Virus record (IMG/VR): IMGVR_UViG_3300042934_000352
Span: 1 to 57,098 of that record
Origin: a virus
Taxonomy: Duplodnaviria; Caudoviricetes
Length of the DNA: 57,098 nucleotides
Reading direction: 5' to 3' (one strand)
Below, piece after piece: positions 47,435 through 57,098 of the stretch (positions are counted from its first letter, which is position 1; the number at the start of each line of letters is the position of its first letter). Both the position numbers and the translations under genes were made by a program. Below the pieces are notes generated by a model. The model saw only the letters and a list, made by a program, of their open reading frames with translations, had not been told where the DNA came from and searched no databases.

Positions 47435-49219
47435 CTAGAAGTAAACTAAGTCATCTTCTATGTCATAATTATCTTCACTTTGTAGGTTTTCACCCTCAAG
47501 TATCTTAGCTAAGTAGTTAGCAAAACTCAAACTACTATATCTATCTTTTCGTTTACCTGATTTTTCTTTAATCTTAATGAAACCACCAACAATTTCGTGT
47601 TCAAGGTTAACTAATTCATTTACAAGTAATGTAGTTTGAAGGAAAGGTAATTCCATTTGAACTCTATCTTCAACTGAAGCATCTTGATAACTTTTTTTAT
47701 CAGACAAGAAATCTCTCGCTTCAATTTCGCTTATCATTAACTCGATATTTGAACTTTGTAAATTCACACGTAACGAAGTTGCCATTTCATGATTCAATCT
47801 GTTACCAGCTTTAATTGAAAAAACAACTGGCAGTGGATTTGGATTTTTTGCTCTTGATCTCATTTCATCATCATTAAAAGAACACCAAGCATCATATTCA
47901 ACATCACGTTGGTCATCATAGTTAATTTTAACTAGAGCGTCATAAATAGACATACCGTTACCGTGACAGTCAAGAGCAATATAACTAGCCTGAAAATCTT
48001 CGAATATTTGCTTTATACGAATTGCCTGATCATCAGTGTGATTACCTTCAATAGTTTCAATATAAGCAACTTTTCTAATGTACTTGTCACCATTAGGAAT
48101 TAATCTTAAGCAAGTTAATACAGTAGCATCGTTTGCGTTACCGCCCATTAGGGCTATATCGACACCTATGATCCTAACTTCACCATCTTTTAATTTTTCC
48201 TTCCTTTTGTTTTTCCTATTTGCATAATCTAAATTTGAAATAGGGTAGAAGGGGTTTTTAAGTTTTCGGTTTTTAGTGATGTCTTCTAATTTAAAAATGG
48301 CATTTGAATTCTGACCATACATTAAATTTTCATACTCCATTAAAAATGAAACCTCGTCAAAGTCAGAACTTTCTTTTTCCTTCTCAATACGTTTTTTACT
48401 TAGTAATCCATGATGAATAGAAGTTAGATAGTCCAAGGAGAAGAATGCAACATCTTTACCTTTTAACATCATATCTCTAGCAGATTGCATTGACTTCCAC
48501 ATCCAATGTGATGTGTAATAAGCCGAAGAAATGTACAACTCAATATTCTCTTCTGTTAAATGACTGTACTCTTCTTTTTTCAAATAAGGAGGCTGTCTAA
48601 AAACGTTAAGGAAAGGCTTTAGTACTGTATTAAGTATAGTTTCATCAATCATACGGAACTCTTCTAGTATTAAAATATTCCCACGATAACCCCTTGAATT
48701 TTCACTTGATGTTACAGCTTCAATAGTTGATCCATTGTGGAATATAACTGTAGCATCATTCGATGAACTTTTTATTTGCTTAATTTCTCTCGCTAAGTTA
48801 GGGTACTGCATTAATTCTTTTTCTATCTTTTCGGTGATTATCAGCTTGGCCTGTTTTTTAACACCTGAAGCAATTATTACTTTTGTGTTTGGGTATAGTA
48901 CACATCTAGCACATGCAAAGATTGAAATCATGAAACTTTTCGATAATCCACGAGCTGCAACAATCATTACAAAAGTATTAAGATTCATAAAGTACAAGAG
49001 TATCTTTTGAAAGAAGAACAGTTCAATTCCAAAATAGTGATCAATGAATCTATGGATGTTCAATCTATAGAATGTTGTCCATTTTTTCATTTGTAATCTC
49101 ATTCGTTCGTTTTTACTCAAGTTTTCTTTTACTTTACTAACATTAGTTGGTTTTTCTAATTGATTCTGACCCTTGGAGTTTTTATTTCTATTAACTTCGA
49201 AATTTTGTATTCCAGCCAT
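47435..49219 (-). CDS. terL: terminase large subunit
   Basis: AARGLSKS Walker A, RGYRG, LILEEF Walker B, IIGVDIA nuclease, KDRYSS. Confidence 0.92.
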   Translation of the reverse strand: MAGIQNFEVNRNKNSKGQNQLEKPTNVSKVKENLSKNERMRLQMKKWTTFYRLNIHRFIDHYFGIELFFFQKILLYFMNLNTFVMIVAARGLSKSFMISIFACARCVLYPNTKVIIASGVKKQAKLIITEKIEKELMQYPNLAREIKQIKSSSNDATVIFHNGSTIEAVTSSENSRGYRGNILILEEFRMIDETILNTVLKPFLNVFRQPPYLKKEEYSHLTEENIELYISSAYYTSHWMWKSMQSARDMMLKGKDVAFFSLDYLTSIHHGLLSKKRIEKEKESSDFDEVSFLMEYENLMYGQNSNAIFKLEDITKNRKLKNPFYPISNLDYANRKNKRKEKLKDGEVRIIGVDIALMGGNANDATVLTCLRLIPNGDKYIRKVAYIETIEGNHTDDQAIRIKQIFEDFQASYIALDCHGNGMSIYDALVKINYDDQRDVEYDAWCSFNDDEMRSRAKNPNPLPVVFSIKAGNRLNHEMATSLRVNLQSSNIELMISEIEARDFLSDKKSYQDASVEDRVQMELPFLQTTLLVNELVNLEHEIVGGFIKIKEKSGKRKDRYSSLSFANYLAKILEGENLQSEDNYDIEDDLVYF

Positions 49220-50077
49220 CTAATTATCATCCTTAACATCAAAGTCTTTTGAAATGTTAAAAATATTTTTAAATGGACGAACGAACCACTTATCAATATA
49301 CTTTTTAAATTTATCGTAATCTTCATATATTGGTTTGTTTTCAAAATACTCACAAGGTTCATCTTGCTCAACAATTTTTATCCACAATCCATAAGTGGAT
49401 AATCCTTTATCGTCATTCGCTCCAGAAGATTGAATAGGTTTAATATTACCGTCATTGTGAAGTTTCGAAGATAACTCCATTAAATCTTTGAAATTCTTAG
49501 TTTGACCATTAGCCAATTCTTTTTCTGCTTGTAAATGAACTTTTGCAATATTCTTATATAAGTTAATTTGTACTGGAGTGTCCGTAGCGTAACTGTTTTC
49601 ATACTCTCCATAAAAATTCTCTAAGTATTCATATTCATTATCCTCAAACACCCCCCATTTCTTTCTAAGGGAGCTGTAATCTTCATATTTTACAATATTA
49701 GAAGGGGAAGAGTTTTGGGTAATAACTTTACTATTTTTATGTCCTTCAAAATCACTGTCATTCCATGTCATATGCCTGAAATCTTTAGCGTTAACAAGTT
49801 TGAAATATTCACCTACAAATGCATTGTTTTGAATTGCTGATTCATATAAGTGTGTAATGAAAGGCTTATCAAATTTCCTTAGCATATCCATGAAAGATTC
49901 CGCATCATTTTCTTTTACAGAATCTTGGACACATTGTTTACATACATGCATTCTCCCTGTGTGACTATGAAAGTGAGAGAAGGAAGTGTAAAAATCTTTT
50001 GTTGAATCTTTATCTTTACCGCAGCAAGAACAAGTAATCTTTTCTGAAGTTGTTTTAATTACTTTCTTTTTACTCAT
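49220..50077 (-). CDS. terminase small subunit-like Zn-finger protein
   Basis: CSCC...CKQC; directly upstream of terL. Confidence 0.6.
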   Translation of the reverse strand: MSKKKVIKTTSEKITCSCCGKDKDSTKDFYTSFSHFHSHTGRMHVCKQCVQDSVKENDAESFMDMLRKFDKPFITHLYESAIQNNAFVGEYFKLVNAKDFRHMTWNDSDFEGHKNSKVITQNSSPSNIVKYEDYSSLRKKWGVFEDNEYEYLENFYGEYENSYATDTPVQINLYKNIAKVHLQAEKELANGQTKNFKDLMELSSKLHNDGNIKPIQSSGANDDKGLSTYGLWIKIVEQDEPCEYFENKPIYEDYDKFKKYIDKWFVRPFKNIFNISKDFDVKDDN

Positions 50078-50265
50078 GTGGTCGTCACCTCGTTATATTG
50101 CGACCATTTAGTTAAAGAATTATTTAGATTAACATTTCTTTCATACACCCAAAATGTTCTTTGAGTACTTTCATTCAAACCTTTGTGTAAAAACTTAATT
50201 CCATGTTCAGTAAGGAAGTTTTTTAAGTTTGGGCTGTAGCAGTAAAACAAATAATTTCTTTTCAT
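50074..50265 (-). CDS. DUF5659-like small protein
   Basis: FYCYSPNLKNFL..HGI...FWVYER, similar to 12870-13067. Confidence 0.7.
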   Translation of the reverse strand: MKRNYLFYCYSPNLKNFLTEHGIKFLHKGLNESTQRTFWVYERNVNLNNSLTKWSQYNEVTTT

Positions 50266-50402
50266 AATGATCATCCTATTCTATTTAAAAGAGTTAAATT
50301 ATAATTGAGAATCCCTTTAATTGACACTTATTATTGAAAAACAAAGTAAAAGGGGAGGGGAAACTTTGTGTATAAGTGTCAATCAAAAGAATTCTGCATA
50401 AT

Positions 50403-50442
50403 AAAACCCCTCTAAATAATTGGATAATTACCTAGAGGGGTT
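50403..50442 (-). terminator. intrinsic terminator
   Basis: AACCCCTCTA...TAGAGGGGTT stem with A run on +. Confidence 0.6.
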
Positions 50443-50460
50443 GGTAGATTTTATTTAGTT

Positions 50461-51045
50461 TTAAATTAATTCATCAAACAATTGATACTTTGTAGATTCT
50501 TCTAATCCAATGTACCAATCTGAAACTTTTTCTTGATGTTCATCTAAGATTTCTTGAGTGATCAGAGATTTAGCAATAATATAGTCATCATAAAGTTTCT
50601 GTAGTCTGTCATACTCTTTATCAAGTCGCTTAACCTCTTGACGAGTACCGTGAGCACCGCCACGTAATTCATGATAAAGAAGAGTAGCATATTTCCCTAA
50701 ATGTTTTTTCGCACCCGATAAGTAAATAGGTAGTGCCATACTCATTGCGTAGCCTTCGACATATGTATAAACAGGTGTTTTGGAATTCTCAATAGTAGAA
50801 ACTAATTGCCAACCATCATAAGCACTGCCACCATAAGATGTAATGTGTAAATGAATTGGTCTGCGTTTTTCAACTTCAATTCCTTCATCTTCTTTATTAA
50901 TCTTATGAATCAATGGAACAATGCCTGAAATTGTGAATGAACTAATGTCCTCATTCAGATAAATCACTCTATCTTTAAATAATTCCTTTTCAACTTTATC
51001 CAACAGTCCACTTGTGAATTTTTCATCTTCTAATAAGAAATCCAT
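50461..51045 (-). CDS. ClpP-like serine protease
   Basis: DRVIYL, ITSYGGS, GYAMSMA (Ser), LYHE (His), DWY (Asp). Confidence 0.85.
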   Translation of the reverse strand: MDFLLEDEKFTSGLLDKVEKELFKDRVIYLNEDISSFTISGIVPLIHKINKEDEGIEVEKRRPIHLHITSYGGSAYDGWQLVSTIENSKTPVYTYVEGYAMSMALPIYLSGAKKHLGKYATLLYHELRGGAHGTRQEVKRLDKEYDRLQKLYDDYIIAKSLITQEILDEHQEKVSDWYIGLEESTKYQLFDELI

Positions 51046-51134
51046 AATTCATCCTCCTTAGTATAAATAATCTTGCAGGAAGATAGCGGAGAGACTGACT
51101 CTCATATCAATTTAAAATTATTGTATAATTAATA

Positions 51135-52349
51135 TTAATTTAAAACAAAATTATAACTTATTGTTCTGCCTTTACCTTCTTCGAATATAGATAAGTTCGC
51201 TCCAGCTTTAGCACCAGTCATCAAACTGTCACTGTACTCATCTGATCCCATAATAGAATCCAATTGAATAGTTTCAATGTTATGAGTATCTGTTTCACCA
51301 ACCGTTAAAGAACTACCATGATGGAAATGTGACACATAAAGGAAATCGAAAAACTTACGTTTCATCATCGAAATGTCCTTTATTGCATTCTTTTTACCTT
51401 TTAATTGATGTCCATGACAAGCTGCAATATTAAAACTCAATAATTCGAAATCGACAATTCCTTCATCATAAAGTGGTACATCAATTCGTTCGTTATCTTT
51501 CAACATGTCATGTATGTATACTGCAATTATGCGTTCAACGTCTTCTTTCGGCATTTCACCACGACTTGAACCATGTAAACGTAATTCTGTATGATTTGCA
51601 GAAGGTATATGTACGTACCTAACTTTTACATACTTAGATAATTCTTTTAGCCATTCCACTTTATATCTCGAATATTTAATTACCTGATCTACGAATCCGT
51701 ATTGTAATGCTGTAAGCTGACTAACTCTTAGAGCCATTCCTTCAACACTATCTGCACCATTCAGAACAGTCAGTTCATCTAACTTTTCTTTCTTAATCAC
51801 TGCAATAGCATCAGAAAGAAGTTTATTCATGCGTTCAAGATATATTTTCTCATTGTATTCATTGTTTTCGCTCACAAATTCTTTACCGAAATGCTCGTCC
51901 CCGAAACCTAATATTGCACCACGTTTACCATCATTGGTTTGCAATGGTTGAAAAGTAGGGGAGGGTAGACTGCCTATTTCTTCAATCTTCTGTGACACAA
52001 ACTCAAACAATAAATCTTTTCTTGATTTCTCACGAGCGATTTTCTTATATTCACCACGGATTGCTTGGAGCTTATTTCGTTCTTCAAGTAATTCAATTTT
52101 CTTTAACTCTAATTCATTTAAAACATCATCAGATAGAATATTATTTGTTGATTGTTGTTCAACGTATGATTCATATTCATATATCCCATAAGCTGTTTTT
52201 CGTAAATGGTCTGGACTGCACTCAAGCTCCAACAAATCTCGAATTTCTACCCAATCTAAATCAATTTCTCTATTTAACTTTAATTTTATTAATCTTAATT
52301 TCCACTCGAAGTTAGTCTCATTAGGTTTACGGTCATGTAATTGAGTCAT
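51135..52349 (-). CDS. calcineurin-like metallophosphoesterase
   Basis: GDEHFG, GADSVEG, ANH, CHGH, SHFHH. Confidence 0.8.
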   Translation of the reverse strand: MTQLHDRKPNETNFEWKLRLIKLKLNREIDLDWVEIRDLLELECSPDHLRKTAYGIYEYESYVEQQSTNNILSDDVLNELELKKIELLEERNKLQAIRGEYKKIAREKSRKDLLFEFVSQKIEEIGSLPSPTFQPLQTNDGKRGAILGFGDEHFGKEFVSENNEYNEKIYLERMNKLLSDAIAVIKKEKLDELTVLNGADSVEGMALRVSQLTALQYGFVDQVIKYSRYKVEWLKELSKYVKVRYVHIPSANHTELRLHGSSRGEMPKEDVERIIAVYIHDMLKDNERIDVPLYDEGIVDFELLSFNIAACHGHQLKGKKNAIKDISMMKRKFFDFLYVSHFHHGSSLTVGETDTHNIETIQLDSIMGSDEYSDSLMTGAKAGANLSIFEEGKGRTISYNFVLN

Positions 52350-52359
52350 AGGCTATCTC

Positions 52360-52557
52360 CTATTCTTCAATATCTTCGAATGTGTCTTCTTGTTTAATTG
52401 CTATTGATATTTCTTGACCATCTTTAGCAATCAGAGCAAGTATATCTAATATATTCGTTTCTTCACCGTCTTTTGTTCCGATGATTGTTTGAGTTTCTGA
52501 ATTGTATAACCCTTTTTCATTAAACCCTTTAATTGTTTTTGTGAATTTCTTTGCCAT
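52360..52557 (-). CDS. small hypothetical protein (SPbeta YonK-like size/position)
   Basis: 65 aa, DGQEISIAIK. Confidence 0.55.
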   Translation of the reverse strand: MAKKFTKTIKGFNEKGLYNSETQTIIGTKDGEETNILDILALIAKDGQEISIAIKQEDTFEDIEE

Positions 52558-52589
52558 TTTATTTCCCCCTTGTGAATATCCTCTTGTAT

Positions 52590-53843
52590 CTAAATTAACT
52601 CTGCCAAACTCGCAATCTCTGACCTTTCAGTACGATCAAAAGTAACTACTCCGAATAATTTATTACCTTTAAGTTTCTTCAAAGTATTAATTGCACTATT
52701 AGATTTGAAAGACTCTTTATCCACTTGTTTTATGTCACCATTTAGGTATAAAGTTGAATTTTTCCCGATTCGTGAAAGTATCATTCTAGCATGGTCTCCA
52801 GACATGTTCTGGATTTCTGTACAATATACACCGCAATTTGTATAACTGCGTCCACGAATACTCTCGAAATGTTGAATTTCAATCTTGCCTTTTTCAATCA
52901 ACATTCTAAATCCGTCTTCTCCACCTAAAGCATCAATAAATGGAGCAGCAAGATTAATCATTTTTTCTAATAAATCCCCCGGTAAGTAACCAGTTTGACC
53001 AGCATCCTTAAGAGGAACTATATTTCTAATGAATACAATCTTATCAATTTCTTCCTTCTGTAAGGATTGCATTAAGTGAGCCACCATCACATAATCTTTA
53101 CCAGTACCTTGTGAACCTAGTAGAAGTTTCACACCTATATTCTTATTTTGTAACATATCGAACGCAATGGACTGTTTGATATTCAATGGTTTTGTTTTAC
53201 CCATAAACATATCTTCAGTAGCTTTGTATTTCAATTTAACTAACTTTTCACCATCGAAACGAAAAGTGTCAATAGATTCATAACCATTCATAATTCCTAA
53301 ACTATTATAAGTAGGTTTACTTTTATCCCAAATAGCTAAATATTCATTCTCAACCATTTCGAATTGATCAGTAACATTATGTTGATAAATATGAGCTAGT
53401 GCTAGTTGGCTTTCAACGGTATCATCAATGTACAAATCTTTTATTCCTGTATATTTAGTGTGGTCTTCGATTTTCTCGTTATTTAAATCAATTACTTCAA
53501 GTCCAAATCCTTCTGCTTTGTACCCTAACAACACATCATTAGTTATAATTCCATATTGATTACTAACACACGCAGCAAGAATGTTATTATCTTGATATGA
53601 ATCATCGTAATCAGCACCTAATTCAAAACCATTGTAATCTTTAACATCGAATATGAAATTATCTTTATTGTCTTTTATGTATCTAACTGCTTTCCTTGCA
53701 CGAAAAGCTAATTCATCATTATGTGAGGACTTGTGTTTATCTAGTTCCCTTAACGTGTGAGACAGGAGAACTATGTTGTAGCTTTGTAGACTTTCAAGCG
53801 AATCAAGTAAGACATTAGTATCAGCTACAAATTGTTTTGTCAT
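52590..53843 (-). CDS. phoH: PIN-PhoH (PhoH2-type) protein
   Basis: PIN: DTNVL, RELD, DNNIL, ITND; PhoH: GSQGTGK, GYLPG, IRGRS, EIQN, RIG, GD..Q, ERS. Confidence 0.88.
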   Translation of the reverse strand: MTKQFVADTNVLLDSLESLQSYNIVLLSHTLRELDKHKSSHNDELAFRARKAVRYIKDNKDNFIFDVKDYNGFELGADYDDSYQDNNILAACVSNQYGIITNDVLLGYKAEGFGLEVIDLNNEKIEDHTKYTGIKDLYIDDTVESQLALAHIYQHNVTDQFEMVENEYLAIWDKSKPTYNSLGIMNGYESIDTFRFDGEKLVKLKYKATEDMFMGKTKPLNIKQSIAFDMLQNKNIGVKLLLGSQGTGKDYVMVAHLMQSLQKEEIDKIVFIRNIVPLKDAGQTGYLPGDLLEKMINLAAPFIDALGGEDGFRMLIEKGKIEIQHFESIRGRSYTNCGVYCTEIQNMSGDHARMILSRIGKNSTLYLNGDIKQVDKESFKSNSAINTLKKLKGNKLFGVVTFDRTERSEIASLAELI

Positions 53844-53997
53844 ATTTTTGCCCCTTTAAGATTATTTTGGGATGACAGGGGAGAGGGGGGAACTGCCATC
53901 CATAGATTTGTTTCACATGAAACATTCGTATAATTAATAATAGGATTTTACCCCTACACCTAATATAAATAGATAAACCTTAAAAATTTAGATATTT

Positions 53998-55269
53998 TTA
54001 CAATTTACTACATTTTATACAAGTGTTATGAAATCCATCTTTAGCGTCCTTCTTTTTGTAGAAGTTTCTTTCATTTAGTATTTTATTTTCCTCGCATTTT
54101 TTACATTGTTTGTACTTACCTTTAACTCTGTATGTATAAACCCATTCCTCATAAATGTCATCATGCTTATTAGTTAATTTCTTAGGGATAACCTCACTGT
54201 ATATCCTAACTAAGTTGCTTTCTTTTAAATCCATCTCATACTTACTATTAATCTCTAAGCAAATATCCTCACCAGTCATCTTATCAATCTTGTAGATTAA
54301 TATATCTTTCTCATATGGCTCTAAATCACTCTTATCCACTAAATTTTCAAACTCATGAAGTAGAATCCACAAATCCGAATCAGGTTTATCCCATACTCCT
54401 TCTTTTAACTCAGCATAATTATCCATCAATGCAAATAGATGTTGGGGATTATTCAACTCAATCTTATTCTCGCTAATCTCTACATAATCACCTTGCTCAT
54501 TGACATATCCAGTATCACAATCCAAGTCATAGACAGGTGAGCCCTTATCTAATTTCTTGAAATAGATTGTTCCACGGATTCTGTCCTTAATCAATGGCAA
54601 ATCTTTTTGCAACTCTGAACGAATTCTCTTCAACATTTGTAAATAGTTATCTCCATGTTTTCTTGCTATTTTATCTTGCATTATAAACTGTCTTTCTTTA
54701 GATACTCCTTTTACAAATCCTAATGTTTCATTAATCATTTCTAAAAACAAAGCATACTCATTCAATTCTGGATATTCCATTCTGTCTTTTGCCGTAATTG
54801 TCTGTTTAGGTATAAGTCGAACATTCTTGTCTTTCCTTCTTGCTTGATTTTGGAAATCTACATCTACTATCTGGCTTTGTATTTTCACTAAATCTTCGGA
54901 TAGTCCAATCGCACCGCTTTGTTGCTTTGTTTTGTAATACGATAACGTATCGAGTTTATCCTGTATTTCTTTATCTTTAGAATATTGGTTGTTATATTTA
55001 GCAAAATCTATGTAATAGGAAAATCTCAACAACAATTTACTTATTGGATCAGATTCAGATAAGAAGCTGTTCTTTGTTTTAATTTGTTTCATTCTAAAAC
55101 CATCTGACGAAAAGTACTTACTCAATGTTCCATCTTCATTTAACTCATTTAAAATATCCCAAACCAACTTATTCCTATCCTCAGCAAACTCTAAATCATA
55201 GTCCAACTTCTTTATCCCACTAGTAATGTATTTGTTGATATCTATATCTACATTCCATTTCTCACTCAA
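53998..55269 (-). CDS. hypothetical protein with C-terminal Zn finger (possible transcription regulator)
   Basis: 423 aa; sigma-4-like helical segment then CKKC...DG....CIKC. Confidence 0.55.
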   Translation of the reverse strand: MSEKWNVDIDINKYITSGIKKLDYDLEFAEDRNKLVWDILNELNEDGTLSKYFSSDGFRMKQIKTKNSFLSESDPISKLLLRFSYYIDFAKYNNQYSKDKEIQDKLDTLSYYKTKQQSGAIGLSEDLVKIQSQIVDVDFQNQARRKDKNVRLIPKQTITAKDRMEYPELNEYALFLEMINETLGFVKGVSKERQFIMQDKIARKHGDNYLQMLKRIRSELQKDLPLIKDRIRGTIYFKKLDKGSPVYDLDCDTGYVNEQGDYVEISENKIELNNPQHLFALMDNYAELKEGVWDKPDSDLWILLHEFENLVDKSDLEPYEKDILIYKIDKMTGEDICLEINSKYEMDLKESNLVRIYSEVIPKKLTNKHDDIYEEWVYTYRVKGKYKQCKKCEENKILNERNFYKKKDAKDGFHNTCIKCSKL

Positions 55270-55294
55270 TATGTAATCCTCCTCTGTTCAGGGT

Positions 55295-55480
55295 TCACTC
55301 CCCTCTATATGATTTTTTCATTTCATTCACTAATTGCTTATATGTATAATTGTTTTTACTTAACTTATTTTCCCACTGATATTCTTCATAAAGTTGTTCT
55401 TCATCTTCACTTGCTAACCCATCATGAATTTTCTCTTCAAGATAGGAGATCACCTCACTTCTCCGAAATTGTACTTTCAT
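55295..55480 (-). CDS. small hypothetical protein
   Basis: 61 aa, GGAGGTG RBS. Confidence 0.6.
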   Translation of the reverse strand: MKVQFRRSEVISYLEEKIHDGLASEDEEQLYEEYQWENKLSKNNYTYKQLVNEMKKSYRGE

Positions 55481-55795
55481 GTCGTCACCTCCAATCTGCT
55501 AAAATATGAATCTATATAAACGACATAATTTCGAGATAAAGCACTTGCTATATTAATCTTAAGTGTAGTAAACTATGAGTTTACCTGTTATCTTTATTAT
55601 ACTAAGTTAATTCATATTAGGCAACCTATGAAATTGTAAAATTACAACTTTTATTGTTATTTTACATATTTTTGGTATCAGGACTTGCATATAGAGAATA
55701 TATCTAGAGCAAGTAAGATTTTCAAAGATATTCATTGCTCCACGTAGATATTTGAATATCCACGAGAATCTTCAAAAATCCTAAAGGAGTGGTTA

Positions 55796-56086
55796 ATGGT
55801 GAAAGGTTATTTCGAAGCGTTAGTTGAAAGTTTGTCTCAAGAGGATTTATTGTTTCTGAATGAGTTATATTCTAACGATGCTACAAGTAATTACAAGTCG
55901 ATTTCAAAGGATTCTATAATGGAAAAAACTAATCTAACTCAAGCTGCATTTAGAAAAACAGTTACTCGGATGGAAGTAATTAACTTTGTATTTGTGAGCA
56001 GAACACAAAAAAGTCCGATGTATTCTTTAACTGATTGGGGATTAGTGGCTATTAATAAGATTGCGGAAGGTGTGAATGTAGAATGA
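55796..56086 (+). CDS. winged-helix DNA-binding protein, TubR-like adaptor
   Basis: HTH (SKDSIMEKTNLTQAAFRKTVTRME) plus wing YSLTDWG; ATGA-coupled to the tubulin-like gene. Confidence 0.65.
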   Translation: MVKGYFEALVESLSQEDLLFLNELYSNDATSNYKSISKDSIMEKTNLTQAAFRKTVTRMEVINFVFVSRTQKSPMYSLTDWGLVAINKIAEGVNVE

Positions 56087-57098
56087 ATTTATCTGTTTTG
56101 GCAGTCGGGCAAGCAGGCGGAAATATAGCTAATTTGTTTTCTGAAAAAGGTTATAATGCTTTAGTTATCAATAGTTCACAAAGAGATTTAGAAACTTGTC
56201 ATAATATTGATCCGAAACATCGTTTACATTTAGTTAATAGTGAGGGGGCTGGAAAGGATAGAGAAGAGGCTATTCGACTTATATCTAACAATTGGGAATC
56301 CTGTTTATCCTTTGTAAGAGAACACTTTTCACAACCTTCAACAGAGTTAATATTCGTTATATTCTCATGTGGAGGAGGTACTGGTAGTGGTTCATCTCCA
56401 TTATTGCTTAATATTTTGACGAATGAATTAGAAAACAAAACAATAGTCGCATGTCCAATCCTTCCTAGCACAAATGATTCCATCCTTGCACACATCAACA
56501 CCTTAGAGTGCTTAGAACAACTATCAGAACTAGATATTTGCATTGTTCCGATTGATAATTCCAAGGCTGAATCTGATAGTAAAAATCAAATATACAAACA
56601 AGTCAATAATACCTTCGTTGATTTAGTGGATACAATTCTCAAGCAGACCGAATTAAACTCACAGTACGGTAATCTGGATAGGAAGGACTTGTTGAATCTA
56701 TTTAAGACACCCGGTTTTTCTTGTTTATCTCATGTAGACATTACTAATGCAAACAAATCTATATCATTAACATCTGATTCAATCACTCAAGCAATCACAG
56801 ATTCATGGAATAGTTCGATCATTACTACTCCTTCATATGAGAAAATCATTCGGTTTGGATTAATTTTCAATGGTCAAGAGAGTTTTATGCCACTAATCAA
56901 AACTAAGAAAATACTAAGTGATTTCGGGAATTTACCATTGGATATTTTCGAAGGAATGTATACTCAAAACAAAGGTGACATCTATACGATTCTAACAGGT
57001 TTAGCGTTCAATACAGACCGATTAAAGCAGATTGAATATAAGACTACCCATGAAACCGAAAGCCTTCAGAATGCACTCTCAAGTAGCCACAGCATATC
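56083..57098 (+). CDS. tubZ: TubZ/FtsZ-like tubulin GTPase (truncated at window end, absent from ORF track)
   Basis: MNLSVLAVGQAGGNIA...INSS..DL...EGAGKDR...GGGTGSG...IDN...NLDRKD; frame open to the window end. Confidence 0.88.
   Translation, partial: MNLSVLAVGQAGGNIANLFSEKGYNALVINSSQRDLETCHNIDPKHRLHLVNSEGAGKDREEAIRLISNNWESCLSFVREHFSQPSTELIFVIFSCGGGTGSGSSPLLLNILTNELENKTIVACPILPSTNDSILAHINTLECLEQLSELDICIVPIDNSKAESDSKNQIYKQVNNTFVDLVDTILKQTELNSQYGNLDRKDLLNLFKTPGFSCLSHVDITNANKSISLTSDSITQAITDSWNSSIITTPSYEKIIRFGLIFNGQESFMPLIKTKKILSDFGNLPLDIFEGMYTQNKGDIYTILTGLAFNTDRLKQIEYKTTHETESLQNALSSSHSI

Noticed and set aside
53980-55655. Other TAAAA...TTTTA palindromes (~53981, ~55647)
   Set aside because: Spacer is 7-8 bp, CACG arm absent; expected by chance in AT-rich DNA.
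1-57098. tRNA/rRNA genes
   Set aside because: No cloverleaf or rRNA-like sequence recognised by eye; tRNAscan-SE/Aragorn would be needed to exclude them formally.

Overview
An AT-rich 57 kb segment of a large temperate Bacillaceae siphovirus with SPbeta-like head/tail gene order. It appears to be in the excised/circular (attP-intact) configuration. The + strand at 1-11.7 kb carries nucleotide-metabolism genes (class II RNR, thioredoxin, dUTPase, ThyA, DHFR), a sigma-factor-like gene, RecU, two HNH nucleases and a large serine integrase. After a strand switch at ~11.8-12.1 kb (candidate attP plus a repeat-rich, origin-like site next to a RepL-like gene), the - strand carries the whole late region. 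That region holds accessory fibre and GDPD modules, the lysis cassette, baseplate/tail genes, a tape-measure gene split by two ORF-less group I introns, a tyrosine recombinase, head/portal/terminase, ClpP-like, phosphoesterase and PIN-PhoH genes. The window ends in a + strand tubR-tubZ-like partition operon (truncated). Top observations: (1) a conserved three-way-junction RNA leader (identical AUUAGCUAC loop, covarying stems, gene-matched anti-SD loop) found only in front of two free-standing endonucleases that share an N-terminal domain; (2) a Bacillus-type NrdJ carrying monomeric-RNR-like insertions; (3) a tape-measure intron that may end in A rather than G; (4) CACGTTAAAA-N6-TTTTA sites bracketing accessory modules. 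All calls come from motif recognition by eye; no database searches were run.
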